64,000 nucleotides of DNA from Phoronis australis (lineage: Eukaryota > Animalia > Phoronida). Positions 63,693 to 64,000 of this stretch are shown one piece after another. Position 1 is the stretch's first letter; each line of letters starts with the position of its first letter. The DNA lies in NCBI GenBank assembly GCA_002633005.1, contig NMRA01000365.1, forward strand, positions 67,235-131,234, read 5' to 3'. Both the position numbers and the translations under genes were made by a program. A model generated the notes under the pieces. That model was not told where the DNA came from. It did not search any database and worked only from the letters and a program-made list of their open reading frames with translations.

Positions 63693-64000
63693 CTGTTGAT
63701 AACGAGTCAAAACCGGGTGATTACAAGCAGCATTTGAGAAAACATCCATTGTATTATTGTGGTGGAGAAGACATAGAAGTTGGTGAGCAGAAAAACAAGG
63801 AGTGTGTGAGGGAATGGCGAAAACATACAAAAAAAAATAATTTTGAAAGTATGTGAATACAAGTGGATCCTTCCTGAGGGGCATGTATGACCTAACAAAT
63901 CTGTTGAATATAAAACTGATAGCCACTTTTTAACGAATGTATAAGAGATAGGTAGGCAAAGTAATGAACAACATTTAATGATCATCTTCAACAAAGTTGC

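Overview
AT-rich, repeat-dense animal genomic DNA with spliceosomal introns; repeat types and gene content suggest a marine invertebrate such as a mollusc (inference). I reconstructed five genes by hand from GT-AG boundaries and phase checks. (1) The 3' nine exons of a DNMT3 de novo DNA methyltransferase (+, 829-16030). (2) A complete 6-exon mitochondrial ICT1/MRPL58 peptidyl-tRNA hydrolase (+, 24106-29233). (3) An intronless atypical protein kinase (-, 30872-32140). (4) A 2CARD-helicase-CTD RIG-I-like receptor (RLR) with 13 coding exons (-, 35981-53260). (5) The last exon of a gamma-glutamyltransferase (-, 63505-63692). Introns and spacers hold decayed CR1/L2 and L1/Tx1 LINEs, DIRS-like and Academ-like remnants, MITEs and minisatellites. 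The RLR locus is the most interesting. It has a 1-nt deficit in the CTD exon whose shifted frame stays open past the normal stop, a GAS/NF-kB/CRE/IRF motif cluster at its promoter, a 135-nt symmetric CARD1 exon like the one skipped in human RIG-I SV, duplicated 5' and 3' ends, and a non-RD kinase directly downstream. The DNMT3 carries Pro at the position of DNMT3A R882. Two duplications abut single-N joins and may be haplotype assembly artefacts. All calls are by eye; no database search was run.
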